Shown piece after piece: positions 49,550 to 60,300 of a stretch of 64,000 nucleotides of DNA. The DNA is from Dehalococcoidia bacterium. Lineage in GTDB: Bacteria; Chloroflexota; Dehalococcoidia; UBA6926. The stretch's first letter is position 1. Each line of letters opens with the position of its first letter. The stretch lies in assembly GCA_963666115.2 (NCBI GenBank), contig CAXXET010000007.1:224001-288000 (forward strand), written 5' to 3'. The notes below the pieces were generated by a model. It saw only the letters and a program-made list of their open reading frames with translations. It was not told where the DNA came from and searched no databases. Made by a program: the position numbers and the translations under genes.

Positions 49550-52500
49550 CTACTGGATGCGGTGCCAGCCGCTCCAACTGCCCCAGATTAGGTTGAATGC
49601 CCTTACGCGGAAGTAGTTGCCGTTGTTGGAGTAGTGGTTGCAGTGCTGGTTGCCGCCCACGTACTTGCTCGTGGTGGTGGACTCGCCCGCGTCGCTAACT
49701 GCTATGGCCCGCTTGCACTGCACGTTGTACTTGGTGATGCCGGTTTGGCCGTTGCCGGTATTGGAGGGCGCGGTCCAGTGGACGTTATTCTTGTCTCCGC
49801 CCAAGCCCGTCGCCGTGCCCGGGGCGGCGAGGGCCGGGAGGGATGACGACTGCACCCAGGCGCTGTTGTTGCCGGTGCCGTAGACGGCCCGGATGCGGAT
49901 TATGTAGGAGTTGCCTTTGTGCAGGCCCGTGATCGTGCGGCTTGTGGCCGTGGCGGCTATCGCCGTGCTGTCGGAGGTCCAGTTTGTGCCGCTGTCCGTG
50001 CTGTACGCCGTCTCATAGGCAGTGATGCCCGTTCCGTCCGGCGCAGTCCACGAGAGCTCGACGCTGTCGCTGTTGTCCGATCCGCTGTACGTCCGCGTCG
50101 CGGTGAAGCTCGTCGGCGCGGGCGCGGTCTTGAACGAGGTGGCCAGTCCGAGCGCGGTGGAGCAGGCGGAATCGCTGTACGCGGTGTAGGTATACGTCGT
50201 GTTCGCGGTCAGCCCCGTCAGCGTCGCGGTGGACGTTCCCGCGCTCACCACCGACGAGCAGGACGTGTGCGGGCCGGTGGTGGCCTTGTAGCGCCAGGCC
50301 GCCGGGTGCCGGATGATGGTCAGCGTCGCGCCCGTGCCGGAGATGTTGGACACGCTCAGCGCGGGCCGCTGTTCGGCGGCAGGCAGGTAGTCGCCGTACT
50401 CCAGGATCGGATACTGGTTCGCCGTGCCGAAGTCCCAGGGGTCATCGTTGCCCGTCACGTCGTCCACGTTCACGTTCCAGGTCGCGTAGATGCCGGTGTA
50501 GCCCGTCGGCGTCTGGAGCTCCGAGGTGGTCTTGGCCGTGCCCGCAGGGCTGCTGGACTTGCCGGAGGTGGTGGTGTCCCAGTAGCTGGTCGTAACCGTG
50601 CTGCTGCCCTCGTTTGTGCCGACCAGACCGCCCCTGTTCTTGTTCGCGCCGCTGCTAGATCCGACGGTGCCGGTGGAGTAACTGGCGGTGATGGTTCCGT
50701 TGTTGTTTCTGCCAACCAGGCCGCCGTCCCATGCGCGGGTTGCATTGGAGCTGACGTTGCCCGTTGCGTAGGAGGCGATGATAGTACCGCCGTTGTTGAT
50801 TGCCACCAGCCCGCCGGCGCGGCTATTGCCGAGGGCCTGGTTGGTAACGCTGGTCTCGGCGCGCACGCTGCCGGAGGCGTAGCTCGCGGCTATGGTTCCC
50901 TTGTTCACTGCGACCAGCCCGGCGGCGCGCGCGTCGCCGTTGGCCGAAACACCCCGGCTGGTAACGGCTGCGGTGGAGTAGCTGGCGCCGATGGTGCCCT
51001 CGTACGCGGTGGCGCCGGAGCCGCCCTTGTCGTTCACACCAACCAGTCCGCCCACCTGGATCCAGGTGGTCGAGGACGTCCGCTGCGAACTTCCCGTCAC
51101 GCTGCCGCTGGACCAGACGCCGATGATGGCTCCCCGGTTGTCCGCCGCGAGAGCGCCGGCGAAAATCTCATCCTCCAGCGTGCTGCTGACGGTGACGGAC
51201 ACGTTCTCCAGGCCGAGGTTAATGACCGCGCCGCCGCTGCCGATGCCCGCGAAGAGCCCGCCGACGTCGGGCGTGGCGTCCTCGGCGGTGGTGCTGGCAT
51301 TTATGTGGAGGTTGGAGAGGGTGAAGCCGCCGCCATCGAAGGTTGCGGTGAAGACGTTGGAGGTATCGCCGATGGGCGTCCAGCCCGCGCCGCTGTTCCA
51401 GTACGTGTCGCCGGAGTCCGCCGTGCCGCTGCCATTGGTATCGAAGTCCAGGTTGGCGGTGAGTTCATAGCCCGTGCACGCGGACGGAGTGGACTCATCG
51501 TCGTTGCAGCCCATGTTGGACTTGGCGTCGGGGAAGGCCGTGGCGTAGGTGGTCGTGTTGCCGCCGGAGGCCGTGCCGTTGCCGTCCAGGTCCCAGCGCA
51601 TGGCGTTCAACTGCGCCAGGCTGCCGACCTCAATCAGCCCGTCGTCGTCCGCGTCGAAGTCGGTGACGGCCAGGAACGACGACGCCGTGGCGAGCAGGTT
51701 CGTATCGGCGCACCCGCTCGCGCTGTAGGCCTTATAGGTGTAGGTGGTGTTGGCGGTCAGGCCGGTCACGGACTCGGTTGACGTGCCGGAGGCGACGGGG
51801 CCCTGGCAGGTGGAGTCTGGCCCGGTATTGGCCTTGTACCACCACTGCCCTGTGTGTCCTGTGATGGTGAGCGTCGCGCTCGTCGCGGTGACGTCGGAGA
51901 CCGTGAGTGTCGCGGCCGTCGTGAACGTCGCCGTGCCCAGCAGGTTGGCGGTCGTGCAGGCGGAATCGCTGTACGCCTTGTAGGTATAGGCCGTGCCGGG
52001 CGAGAGTCCGGTCAGTGTCTCGGTGGTCGCGCTGACCGCGCTCGAGCATGAGGTGTCCGGCCCTGTGTCGGCCTGGTAGTGCCAGTTGCCCGTGTGTCCG
52101 GCAAGGTTGAGGGTCGCGCCGGTGGCGGTGACGCCGGACGCGGTGAGGGCGGCGTCGGTGGTGAAGGCCGCCGCGGCGGCCAGGGCGGTGACGCAGGAGG
52201 AGTCCTTGTAGACGGTGTAGGTGTAGGACGTGCCGGGCGTCAGTCCCGTCAGCGTTTCGGTCGTACCGCTGACCGCGCTCGAGCACGTGGTGTGTGGCGC
52301 GGCATTGGCCTTGTAGTGCCAACTCCCGGTGTGGCCGGAGATGGTGAGGGTCGCGCCGGTGGCGGTGACGCTGCCGGATGTGAGCGTGCGCGCGCTGGGA
52401 ATGCCGAAGGCGGAAGCGGACCACTGACCGTCGCCGCGCGCGTTCTTGGCGCGGACCTGCACCTCGTATTCGGTGTTGTTGGTGAGGCCGCTGAGGGTGT

Positions 52501-55500
52501 AGCTGGTGGCGGTGGTGGCGAGGTCGATGGCCACGTCCATGCTGCGCGTGGAGAAGTGCTGCGAGCGGTCAGGCGTGACCCAGAAGTAGTGGCCGGCGGT
52601 AATAGAGCCGTAGAACGCGTACGGGAAGTCAAAGCGTTTGTTTGCCCCAGACGTGTTTGTGAGGCTGGCCAGCTGCGTGCCGGCGGTGTGGATGTTGCTG
52701 GACGGCTTTGTGCTGTGCGTCCGCAGGCTGACGATGGTGTCGCCGCCCAGGTTGACCGTGTAGGCGGCGACGTGTATCCGCGCCTCGTCGATGGCGCTGC
52801 TGCCGAACTTGTAGAAGCCGTTGCTCTCATTGGTGAGGGGGGAGACGGTTCCGAAGTTGATCGGGTCGCCGCCCGGCCCGTTGCCCAACTCGGAAGTGAA
52901 GGAGCTTCGAATGCCGGAACTCCCGCCGTCGTAGATTCGCACCCAGCTTGACGAAGTGGTCTGGCGGTAGCGCACGTCGTAGTCCGTGATGGCGGAGCCG
53001 TTGATCGCGGGTGCCGTCCAGGAGATGGCGAGCTGCTGGCTGCTGGGAGTGAGTGTGACGACGGGCTGCTGCGGCGCGCCCGCCGTGCCTGTCGCCGTTG
53101 CGGACCATGCGCCGTCGCCATGGGTGTTGGTGGCGAGCACCTGGAAATCGTAGCTCGTATTGAGGGTGAGACTGGCGACGGCGGTCTGTCTCGTCGTGCC
53201 ATCCGAGGTGAACGTATGCGTGGACCACGTTGAACTCGACGAGGCCTTGTACCGGACCTTGAAGCCGGTGATCGACGCGCCGCCGTTGTACGGGGCCGTC
53301 CATTGCACGGTGATCTGGTTCGTGCTGAGCAGGAGCGTGGGGGTGTCGGGCGCGTTGGGGAGGCCGGCGTTGGTCGCGAGTGAGGCTGCGGGCGACCACC
53401 CGCCCTCGCCTGCCGCGCTCTTCGCCCGCACGCGCGCCTCGTAGGTGGCGGCGCCTTCGAGGCCTGTGATGGTGGCGGTGACGGCTGTGCCGGTGTGCGC
53501 CCACTCAGACCAGCCGGTCGCCCCGGACTTGCGGTACTGCACGTCATAGTCCGTGATGGCAGAGCCGTTGGGGGTTGGGGCGGTCCACGTGACGGTCAAC
53601 TGCCGCGTCCCGGCGGTGAGGGTGGGCGCGGTCATGGCGGGCGGGCGTCCGGGCTTGTCCGTTGTGGATGCGGACCACGGCCCGGTCGCGCTTGAGTTCG
53701 TGGCGCGCACCCGCACGCGGTATGCGGTGTTGTTGGTGAGGCCGGTGATGGTTGCAGTGCGCGTGGCGAACGTGATGCTGACGTTTGCGGACGACCACGT
53801 CGTGCCGTCGGTGGAGTACTCCACGCCGTAGGAGGTGATGGCGCGTCCGTTGTCCGCAGGCGCAGTCCACGTGGCGGTCAGCGTGGCATTGCCGGAGGCG
53901 AGAGTTGGGGCGGCAGGCGCGTCTGGGCGTCCGGGTTTGACGGATGCGGAGGACGGCGACCAGAGGCCGTCGCCGTGGGTGTTCGTGGCGCGCACCTGCG
54001 CCACATACGCCGTGTGGTTGGTGAGACCAGTGATGGTTGTCGAAGTCGTCGTGCTCGTGTTGGACGGGTTGAACTCGGTCCAGGTGACGCCGGCGTCTGA
54101 CGAGTAGCGGATGTCATAGTCGGAGATGGCCGAGCCGTTGCCGGAGGTGGCAGCCCAACTCGCGGCCAGATCACCGTCGCCGGACACGAGCGTGGGGGCG
54201 GCGGAGACGGCGGGGAGCCCGGCCTTGAGCGTGCCGGAGGGGGACCACGCGCCGCGTCCAATGGCGCTGAAGGCGCGCACCTGGACGTTGTAGCTCGTGC
54301 CGTTGGTCAGGCCGGTGATGGTGAGGGAGCGAGACGCGGCGGACGCGTCGATCTCGGCGTCAACGCGCGGGAAGAAGCTGTCGGTGCTGCCGCTGCTCGT
54401 GGTCGTGATCCAGAAGTGGGTGTTGGCGGGGAGGACGCCCGTCCAGGCATCGCCGGTGATAGAGGCGGCCTCGCTAGCCGTCTGCTCCCACAGGAGCGTG
54501 CCGTGGGTGTTCATGTTGCTTGTCGTTGGCGCGGTCGAAGCGTAGCGCGCCCGGTACGTGAGAGCGCCTTGGCCAGCGTTATTGGCATTCCGCGCGTCCA
54601 GCTTCAGGCGCAATCGATAGACGGGCTCGGCGATCTTGTAGACGTTGGAGATGCCGCCCGTGCTGACCTTTGAAATGGTCAGGCCGGAGAGGCTGACGCT
54701 GCCCAGGTCAAACGCGCTGCCCGCTGAGCCGTCGCTGGTCTTGATTCCGACAAGCTGGCCGGGGTTGTAGCTGGGGAACAGCGCGGGCGGGACGCTCCAC
54801 CCGGAGGCGCTGGCGGCCTGGTATCGGACGTTGTAGCCGGTAATCGCTGAGCCCCCGTCCGCCGGGGCCGTCCACGCCACGCCAAGCTGTGCGTTGCCGG
54901 TGGTGAGCGCCGGGGCTGCCGGGGCGACGGGGACGAGCTGCGGACTTGCGGAGGCTGAGGAGGGCGACCAGAGGCCGTCGCCGTGGGTGTTTCCGGCGCG
55001 CACCTGCACGATGTAGGCGGTTCCGTTGTCGAGCCCGGTGATGGACGCGGTGGTGTCGGTGGACGTAGTGTCCGTCACCACCGTCCACGTTGCGCCGCTG
55101 TCTGAGGAGTAGCGCAGGTCGTAGTCGGTTATGGCGGAGCCGTTGCCGGAGGGCGGGGTCCAGGAGACCGTGATCTGCTGATTGCCAGCGGCGAGGGTGG
55201 GCGCGGCGGGCCGGGCGGGCAAGCCGGGCTTCAGGGTGACGGGGTCAGACCACTCGCCGTCGCCGACGGAGTTGCCTGCGCGCACGGAGACCTGGTAGGC
55301 CGTGCCGTTGGTGAGGCCGGTGATGGTGTACGCGGTGGCGGTGGAGGCCAGGTCCATGTGGTATATGGCGTGGAAGCGAGTGGCATACGTCGACGAGCCG
55401 GTGGTGGGAGACGCCCAGAAGTAGCCGTTCGCAGCGATGGGGCCAACCCATTCCCGGAACTTGTTCGTTGGCGTCGTCGTCGCTGAGGATGCCAGGACTG

Positions 55501-57307
55501 TGCCCGTGTTGAGGGCAGAGGGCTTGGAATTCGCCGTCCGCATGGTGAAGTTGGCGCCGTTGTTGGCCTGCAGGTAAATCTCCATCTCGTCGATGGCGCT
55601 GGAAACCTTGTAGAGGCCCTGGTGGCTGCCCAGCGACTCGCGGGTTATCCCCGCGCCGATGTTGCCGAAGTCGATCGGGTCCGTGCTGCTGGCGGTGTCG
55701 CTGCCGCCAGCGGGGGTCGTTCCGACGGTGCCGCCGTCAGAGACGCGCGTCCAGTCGGTTGTTCCGACCTGACGGTAGCGGAGATCGTAGTCGTTGATGG
55801 CGGAACCTCCGTTAGACGGAGCGGTCCACTGCGCCGCAAGCTGCGCGTTGCCGGTAGTGAGGGCGGGGGCTGCCGGGGCGGCGGGCGCGGTAGGCCCGGT
55901 CGTGGTGAAGGACGTCCCCGCCAGTTCCGTCGAGCACGACGAGTCGTGGTAGGCGCTGTAGGAGTAGGAGGTGTTGTTAGAGAGGCTCCCAAAGGTGTGC
56001 GTCGCGCCGCTGATGGCGGATGAGCACGTTCCGGCGGGGGCGGGCGCAGTCTTCTTCACGTGCCAGGCGCCGCTGTGCCCGGCGAGGGTCAGGGTCGCCT
56101 CGGCTCCGGTGATGCTGCCGGCAGTGAGCCAGCCGGGGACGGGCGCGTTGCGCCACTGGCTTGTCGCGCCGCCGTTGGTGGCCTGGACGGCGACGGTGGC
56201 TGCGGCGGTTGAGGTGACGGTATGGGTGTGGGTGGTTGTCGAATGGTCGGTGGCGATGCGCTGCCACTGGCCGCCGTCCGCGCGGTAGTTGACGTTGTAG
56301 GCGTTAGCACCCTGGCCGGCGTTCCACGTTGTGGTGACTGTGCCGCCGTCCGTGCCGTGCGTGGTGGAGGTGACGGCACGGAGGCCGGAGACCGCGCAGA
56401 CGGACGGCGGCGGGACGGTGGCGGAGTTGGTCCAACCGCTTTCACCGGCAGCGTTGCGGGCGCGGACGGCCAGGGTGTAGGTCTTGTTCTTGCTCCACTT
56501 GGCGAAGTTCCAGGACGTGTACGTCACGTTGCTAAGGGCGCGCTTCCAGGTCTTGCGCTTGTTGGTGCTGACGTTCACGTCGTAGCCGGTTGCGCCGGAC
56601 ACGGGCGTCCAACTGACCGACATCGCTTCACAGGCGCGGCTGAGAGAGACGTTGGCGGGCGCGGACGGTGGCGGATCGGCAGGAACCCAGGGGGCGCTCG
56701 CCGGGGAGTTGCGCCAGTTGCCCCACAGCGTGTTGCCGCCGTCGGTCTTCCCTGCGCGGACGCCGACGACGTAGGGATACTGGTTATCGACGTTGATGGT
56801 GATGCTGGTGGACGAGTGGGCAAAGGCGGCAAGGCTCCAACTCTTCTTGCCGTCCGAACTGTAGGTGACGTGGTACTTGTCCGCGCCAACGACGGCGGGC
56901 CAGGAGGCGGTTATCGAGCCGTCGCTGCGGCTGATCAAGACATAGCTGACGCGAGCGGGCGGGCCGCTGGGATTGTTGGAGGCGGAGTTCCGCCACTGGC
57001 CCCAGCCGTGCTCGTTGCCAGCGCGGACGCCGACGACGTAGGCCTTCGACGTGTCGATGCCGGTGATGTCGATGGATGTTGTGGCGTGGTCGTAGGCGGC
57101 GAGGCTCCAGCTCTTCTTGTTGTCGGAGCTATAGGTGACGTGGTACTTGGTGGCGCCGGCAGGGGCGTCCCACGATGCGGTGAGGGTCGTGTTGGCGCGG
57201 GTGACGGTGACGCTCGCCACCTGGCCGGGGGCTGATTGGGCGACGGCGGGCGAGGCGGCCACTGCCATGGCTGCCACGAGGATAGCCAGAGCGATAATGC
57301 TACGCAT
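49550..57307 (-). CDS. Giant secreted FN3-repeat protein (2585 aa) with two-Cys repeats and a GLUG-type beta-helix region
   Basis: Signal peptide (AVA-Q), many FN3 repeats (W..P...Y.V.VRA.N..G.G.WS), ~80-aa two-Cys repeats, [10 protein letters not shown]...GGLVG.N region; no anchor. Confidence 0.9.
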   Translation of the reverse strand: MRSIIALAILVAAMAVAASPAVAQSAPGQVASVTVTRANTTLTASWDAPAGATKYHVTYSSDNKKSWSLAAYDHATTSIDITGIDTSKAYVVGVRAGNEHGWGQWRNSASNNPSGPPARVSYVLISRSDGSITASWPAVVGADKYHVTYSSDGKKSWSLAAFAHSSTSITINVDNQYPYVVGVRAGKTDGGNTLWGNWRNSPASAPWVPADPPPSAPANVSLSRACEAMSVSWTPVSGATGYDVNVSTNKRKTWKRALSNVTYTSWNFAKWSKNKTYTLAVRARNAAGESGWTNSATVPPPSVCAVSGLRAVTSTTHGTDGGTVTTTWNAGQGANAYNVNYRADGGQWQRIATDHSTTTHTHTVTSTAAATVAVQATNGGATSQWRNAPVPGWLTAGSITGAEATLTLAGHSGAWHVKKTAPAPAGTCSSAISGATHTFGSLSNNTSYSYSAYHDSSCSTELAGTSFTTTGPTAPAAPAAPALTTGNAQLAAQWTAPSNGGSAINDYDLRYRQVGTTDWTRVSDGGTVGTTPAGGSDTASSTDPIDFGNIGAGITRESLGSHQGLYKVSSAIDEMEIYLQANNGANFTMRTANSKPSALNTGTVLASSATTTPTNKFREWVGPIAANGYFWASPTTGSSTYATRFHAIYHMDLASTATAYTITGLTNGTAYQVSVRAGNSVGDGEWSDPVTLKPGLPARPAAPTLAAGNQQITVSWTPPSGNGSAITDYDLRYSSDSGATWTVVTDTTSTDTTASITGLDNGTAYIVQVRAGNTHGDGLWSPSSASASPQLVPVAPAAPALTTGNAQLGVAWTAPADGGSAITGYNVRYQAASASGWSVPPALFPSYNPGQLVGIKTSDGSAGSAFDLGSVSLSGLTISKVSTGGISNVYKIAEPVYRLRLKLDARNANNAGQGALTYRARYASTAPTTSNMNTHGTLLWEQTASEAASITGDAWTGVLPANTHFWITTTSSGSTDSFFPRVDAEIDASAASRSLTITGLTNGTSYNVQVRAFSAIGRGAWSPSGTLKAGLPAVSAAPTLVSGDGDLAASWAATSGNGSAISDYDIRYSSDAGVTWTEFNPSNTSTTTSTTITGLTNHTAYVAQVRATNTHGDGLWSPSSASVKPGRPDAPAAPTLASGNATLTATWTAPADNGRAITSYGVEYSTDGTTWSSANVSITFATRTATITGLTNNTAYRVRVRATNSSATGPWSASTTDKPGRPPAMTAPTLTAGTRQLTVTWTAPTPNGSAITDYDVQYRKSGATGWSEWAHTGTAVTATITGLEGAATYEARVRAKSAAGEGGWSPAASLATNAGLPNAPDTPTLLLSTNQITVQWTAPYNGGASITGFKVRYKASSSSTWSTHTFTSDGTTRQTAVASLTLNTSYDFQVLATNTHGDGAWSATATGTAGAPQQPVVTLTPSSQQLAISWTAPAINGSAITDYDVRYRQTTSSSWVRIYDGGSSGIRSSFTSELGNGPGGDPINFGTVSPLTNESNGFYKFGSSAIDEARIHVAAYTVNLGGDTIVSLRTHSTKPSSNIHTAGTQLASLTNTSGANKRFDFPYAFYGSITAGHYFWVTPDRSQHFSTRSMDVAIDLATTATSYTLSGLTNNTEYEVQVRAKNARGDGQWSASAFGIPSARTLTSGSVTATGATLTISGHTGSWHYKANAAPHTTCSSAVSGTTETLTGLTPGTSYTYTVYKDSSCVTALAAAAAFTTDAALTASGVTATGATLNLAGHTGNWHYQADTGPDTSCSSAVSATTETLTGLSPGTAYTYKAYSDSACTTANLLGTATFTTAATLTVSDVTATSATLTITGHTGQWWYKANTGPDSTCQGPVASGTSTESVTGLTANTTYTYKAYSASGCADTNLLATASSFLAVTDFDADDDGLIEVGSLAQLNAMRWDLDGNGTASGGNTTTYATAFPDAKSNMGCNDDESTPSACTGYELTANLDFDTNGSGTADSGDTYWNSGAGWTPIGDTSNVFTATFDGGGFTLSNLHINASTTAEDATPDVGGLFAGIGSGGAVINLGLENVSVTVSSTLEDEIFAGALAADNRGAIIGVWSSGSVTGSSQRTSSTTWIQVGGLVGVNDKGGSGATAYEGTIGASYSTAAVTSRGVSANGDARAAGLVAVNKGTIAASYASGSVRAETSVTNQALGNSRAGGLVAINNGGTIIASYATGNVSSNATRAWDGGLVGRNNNGTITASYSTGTVGSSSGANKNRGGLVGTNEGSSTVTTSYWDTTTSGKSSSPAGTAKTTSELQTPTGYTGIYATWNVNVDDVTGNDDPWDFGTANQYPILEYGDYLPAAEQRPALSVSNISGTGATLTIIRHPAAWRYKATTGPHTSCSSVVSAGTSTATLTGLTANTTYTYTAYSDSACSTALGLATSFKTAPAPTSFTATRTYSGSDNSDSVELSWTAPDGTGITAYETAYSTDSGTNWTSDSTAIAATATSRTITGLHKGNSYIIRIRAVYGTGNNSAWVQSSSLPALAAPGTATGLGGDKNNVHWTAPSNTGNGQTGITKYNVQCKRAIAVSDAGESTTTSKYVGGNQHCNHYSNNGNYFRVRAFNLIWGSWSGWHRIQ

Positions 57308-60300
57308 CCGTTTCCTCCGTGGTCGTGGCCCGGCGCGCGCGCCTGCGGCGGCGCAGAATGATGAACAGGATCAGGGCGAGGAGCAGCAGGCCCGCGCCGG
57401 CGATCACGAAAGGCGCGTAGTCACTCGCGGCTATATCGTCCACCACGTCAGGCAGCGAGACGGCGGTCGCCACGGGAACGGCCGTCGCGGACTCGTCCAC
57501 GGGCGCCGGCATGACGACGAGCGCGTAGACACTGAAGCGCGTGAGCACGGAGACCGTCCAGGAATTGCCTGAGCCGTCGACGGCGCAATCGTGCCGCACG
57601 CGCCCCCATCCCTCCGCCTCCACGCGGTACACCCGGGCGCGGTTGTCCGTGCAGGCGGACTGGTCGTTCTCCGGCAGCTTGAACCACAACTCCACGCCCT
57701 TCAGCCACGTGGTCGGCGCGAGAATATCCGTCCCCGCGATATACGTGTTCACCTCGACCGCCAGGTTGACGAGATTATCCGCAACAGGCGCCTCGCTCTC
57801 GAGGGAGCCGGTGTCCAGCGTCCACATCCGGACTTCAAGGAGTTCCGGCGCGGCCCCCGCCGGGATGATCAGCCGCGCCCGGCCGTCCGGCGTCTCGATC
57901 ACCGTCGCGCTGTCCGGCCACACAAGGTCTCCTCCCTCGGACACCTCAGGCAGCGGCGTGGGCGTTGGCGTGGGCGTCGGCGACGGTCCCGGCGTGGGCA
58001 ACGGCAGAGGTGTTGGCGTGGGCGTCGGCTCCGGCGGCGGCTCCGGTGTTGGGGTGGGCGTCGGAAGCGGTGTCGGCTCCGGCTCGGGCTCCGGCGTGGC
58101 TGCGGGCGGCGGTGCAGGCGTCGGCGCAGGCGTCGGCGTTGCCTGCGCGGCAGGCGCGGCGGTGGGCGGAGGCGGCAGGACCCTGATCCTCACGACGTCC
58201 GTGGCGTAGCGGCCCGCCTCGACGTGTATGCCCACGGTCTGGACACGCAGCTCGAAGTGCAGCACGATGGCGTTTTCCACCGTCGGCGCGAGGAACGTGG
58301 CCGTCAGGGACGACGCGTTGTTGATGGTGACGGTGGCGGGCGGGTTGTCCCCGGTCTGCGTCCACGTGTATTCCAGCGACAGGCCGGGCTTCGTGTCGAC
58401 GCCCGGATAGTTGGCCTGGCCTGACAGCCTCACCGTGTCGCCGCTGTACTCGGACCGGTTGTTGCCCGCATCGACGAAGGGGCGCGGGTTGACGACGACC
58501 CGATTGATGGCGATGCCGTGGTAGCCGGGGTCATGGCTGTACGCGGTGTGGGCCATGATGACTTCGCCGTGAGAGCCGTCGCGGTTCCGTCCCGCCGTCA
58601 CGGTGACGGTCTGCGCCGTATCCCAGTTGCTGGGCGTGAACGTGAGCGTCGCCGGACTGACCGTGATGTCCGGATCGCCCGTCTTCACGACCCTGACAAC
58701 CACGTCGCTCTCCGGCGCATGCGTTGCCAGGACGACCGTATACGTGGTCGACTCGCCCTCTTCGAGATTGTCGATGCTCGACTTGGAGACGACAGTGCCG
58801 CGCGTCCTGACCATGGCCGGCCCCGCCGCCGTGCTCTCGCCCGCGGCGTTGACGGCGCGGAGTTGGAAGGCATAAGTGGACAGCGGATCGAGGCCGGTGA
58901 GCGTGAAGCCGCGCGCGCCTGAACCGCCGGAGATCGTCGTCCACGTCGCGGACGCAAAGTCGAAGCTGTCGCAGTCGGTCGCGTCGCATCCTGTCCCCTT
59001 GGCCTGCAGGTACTCCCACCGGCTGATGACGGAGTCCGCCGGAACCGGATCATCCCACGTGAACCTGGCCATGCCCCACTTGGGCAGCGTGAACGCGAAG
59101 TTCCTGGGCGCGGCGGGCCTGATGAGGGCGGTGTTGTCCGTCGTCAACTGGTTCAGCGTCGGCTCGCCGTTCCCTGCCGCGTTCACCGCCCGCAGTTGGA
59201 AGCTGTAGGACATGCCCTTCTTGAGGCCGGTCACCGTGTAGCTGGTGCGGACGAAGACGGCCCGCACCTGGAAGTCATAGGTCGTGCCGGACGTGAGATT
59301 GTCCACCTGGTGGCTCGTCTTGTCGACGCACGTGCTGTCGTCGGCGGCTGTGCAGATGTCCACCCACGCGCCGTACTCGGTCGCCGTGCTCTCCTTCATC
59401 CGGTACTGCCACTTGAGGAAATGGGTGGTGTCGGCGGGCGTGCTCCACGTCAGCGTGACGCTGCTGCTGGCCGTCGCGCTGCCGTCAAACGCGGACGTGC
59501 CGACGGTGGATGACACGTTCTTCCAACCCGTGTTCGTGGGAGGCGTGGCCGTCGCCTCGTCCAGCGCCGGATGAACCACCGGGCGAATCTCAAAGTCGCA
59601 GAACGCGCCCGCGGGCGAGCACGTCGCCGTGTACGACGTCGTCGTATCGCCGCTGTTCGATATATCCGTCCAGCCGAACGGGTCGGTCGCCGGCCAGTCA
59701 TCCGCCGCCGCCTTCGTCCGGTACTGGTACTTGACGATGGTGTTGTCCTTCGGATCAGTCCACGAGAGCGTCTCCTCGTGGTTGGTGTCGGAGAACGTCG
59801 TGAAGTTCCACGTCTTGTACACGACGAGCGGGAGGACATAGCTCAGCCCGTCCTGGATCACCGGCGCAACCTGGAAAACGTAGTCCGTATCGACGGTCAG
59901 GCCGGTCGCGGTGTAGGACGTGGTGGTCGCGCTGCTGCCGGCGATGTCCGTCCACGCGCCAAAGCTCCCCGTCCCCGACTTCTGCCGGTACTGCCACTTG
60001 ATGATCCGGGCGTTCTGCGGGTCGCTCCACGCCAGCGCGATCTGGTTGGCGCTGCCGATGTTGGCCAGGCTCCAGCTGCCCACCGCGTCGAGCGTGACCT
60101 GCATCGCATCGTTCGGCTTGAACGCGCGCGCCTGGAAGGTGTACTCCGTGTTGTTGGTCAGGCCCGTCACCCGGTACTGCGTGGTGGTTGCCGTGCTGTC
60201 CGGGATGTCCGTCCAGCTTCCGTAGGCGCCCGTGCTCTTCTGCCGGTACTGCCACTTGGTGATCGCGCTGTCATTGGGATCGGCCCACTTCAGGAGAACC

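Noticed and set aside
49919-51781. 620-aa + strand ORF and other long antisense/alternate-frame ORFs
   Set aside because: Shadow ORFs of high-GC coding genes; Arg/Gly/Ala-rich with no motifs
57380-57470. Sortase LPxTG signal in the anchored FN3 protein
   Set aside because: LPDVV is non-canonical; a plain TM + basic tail explains it
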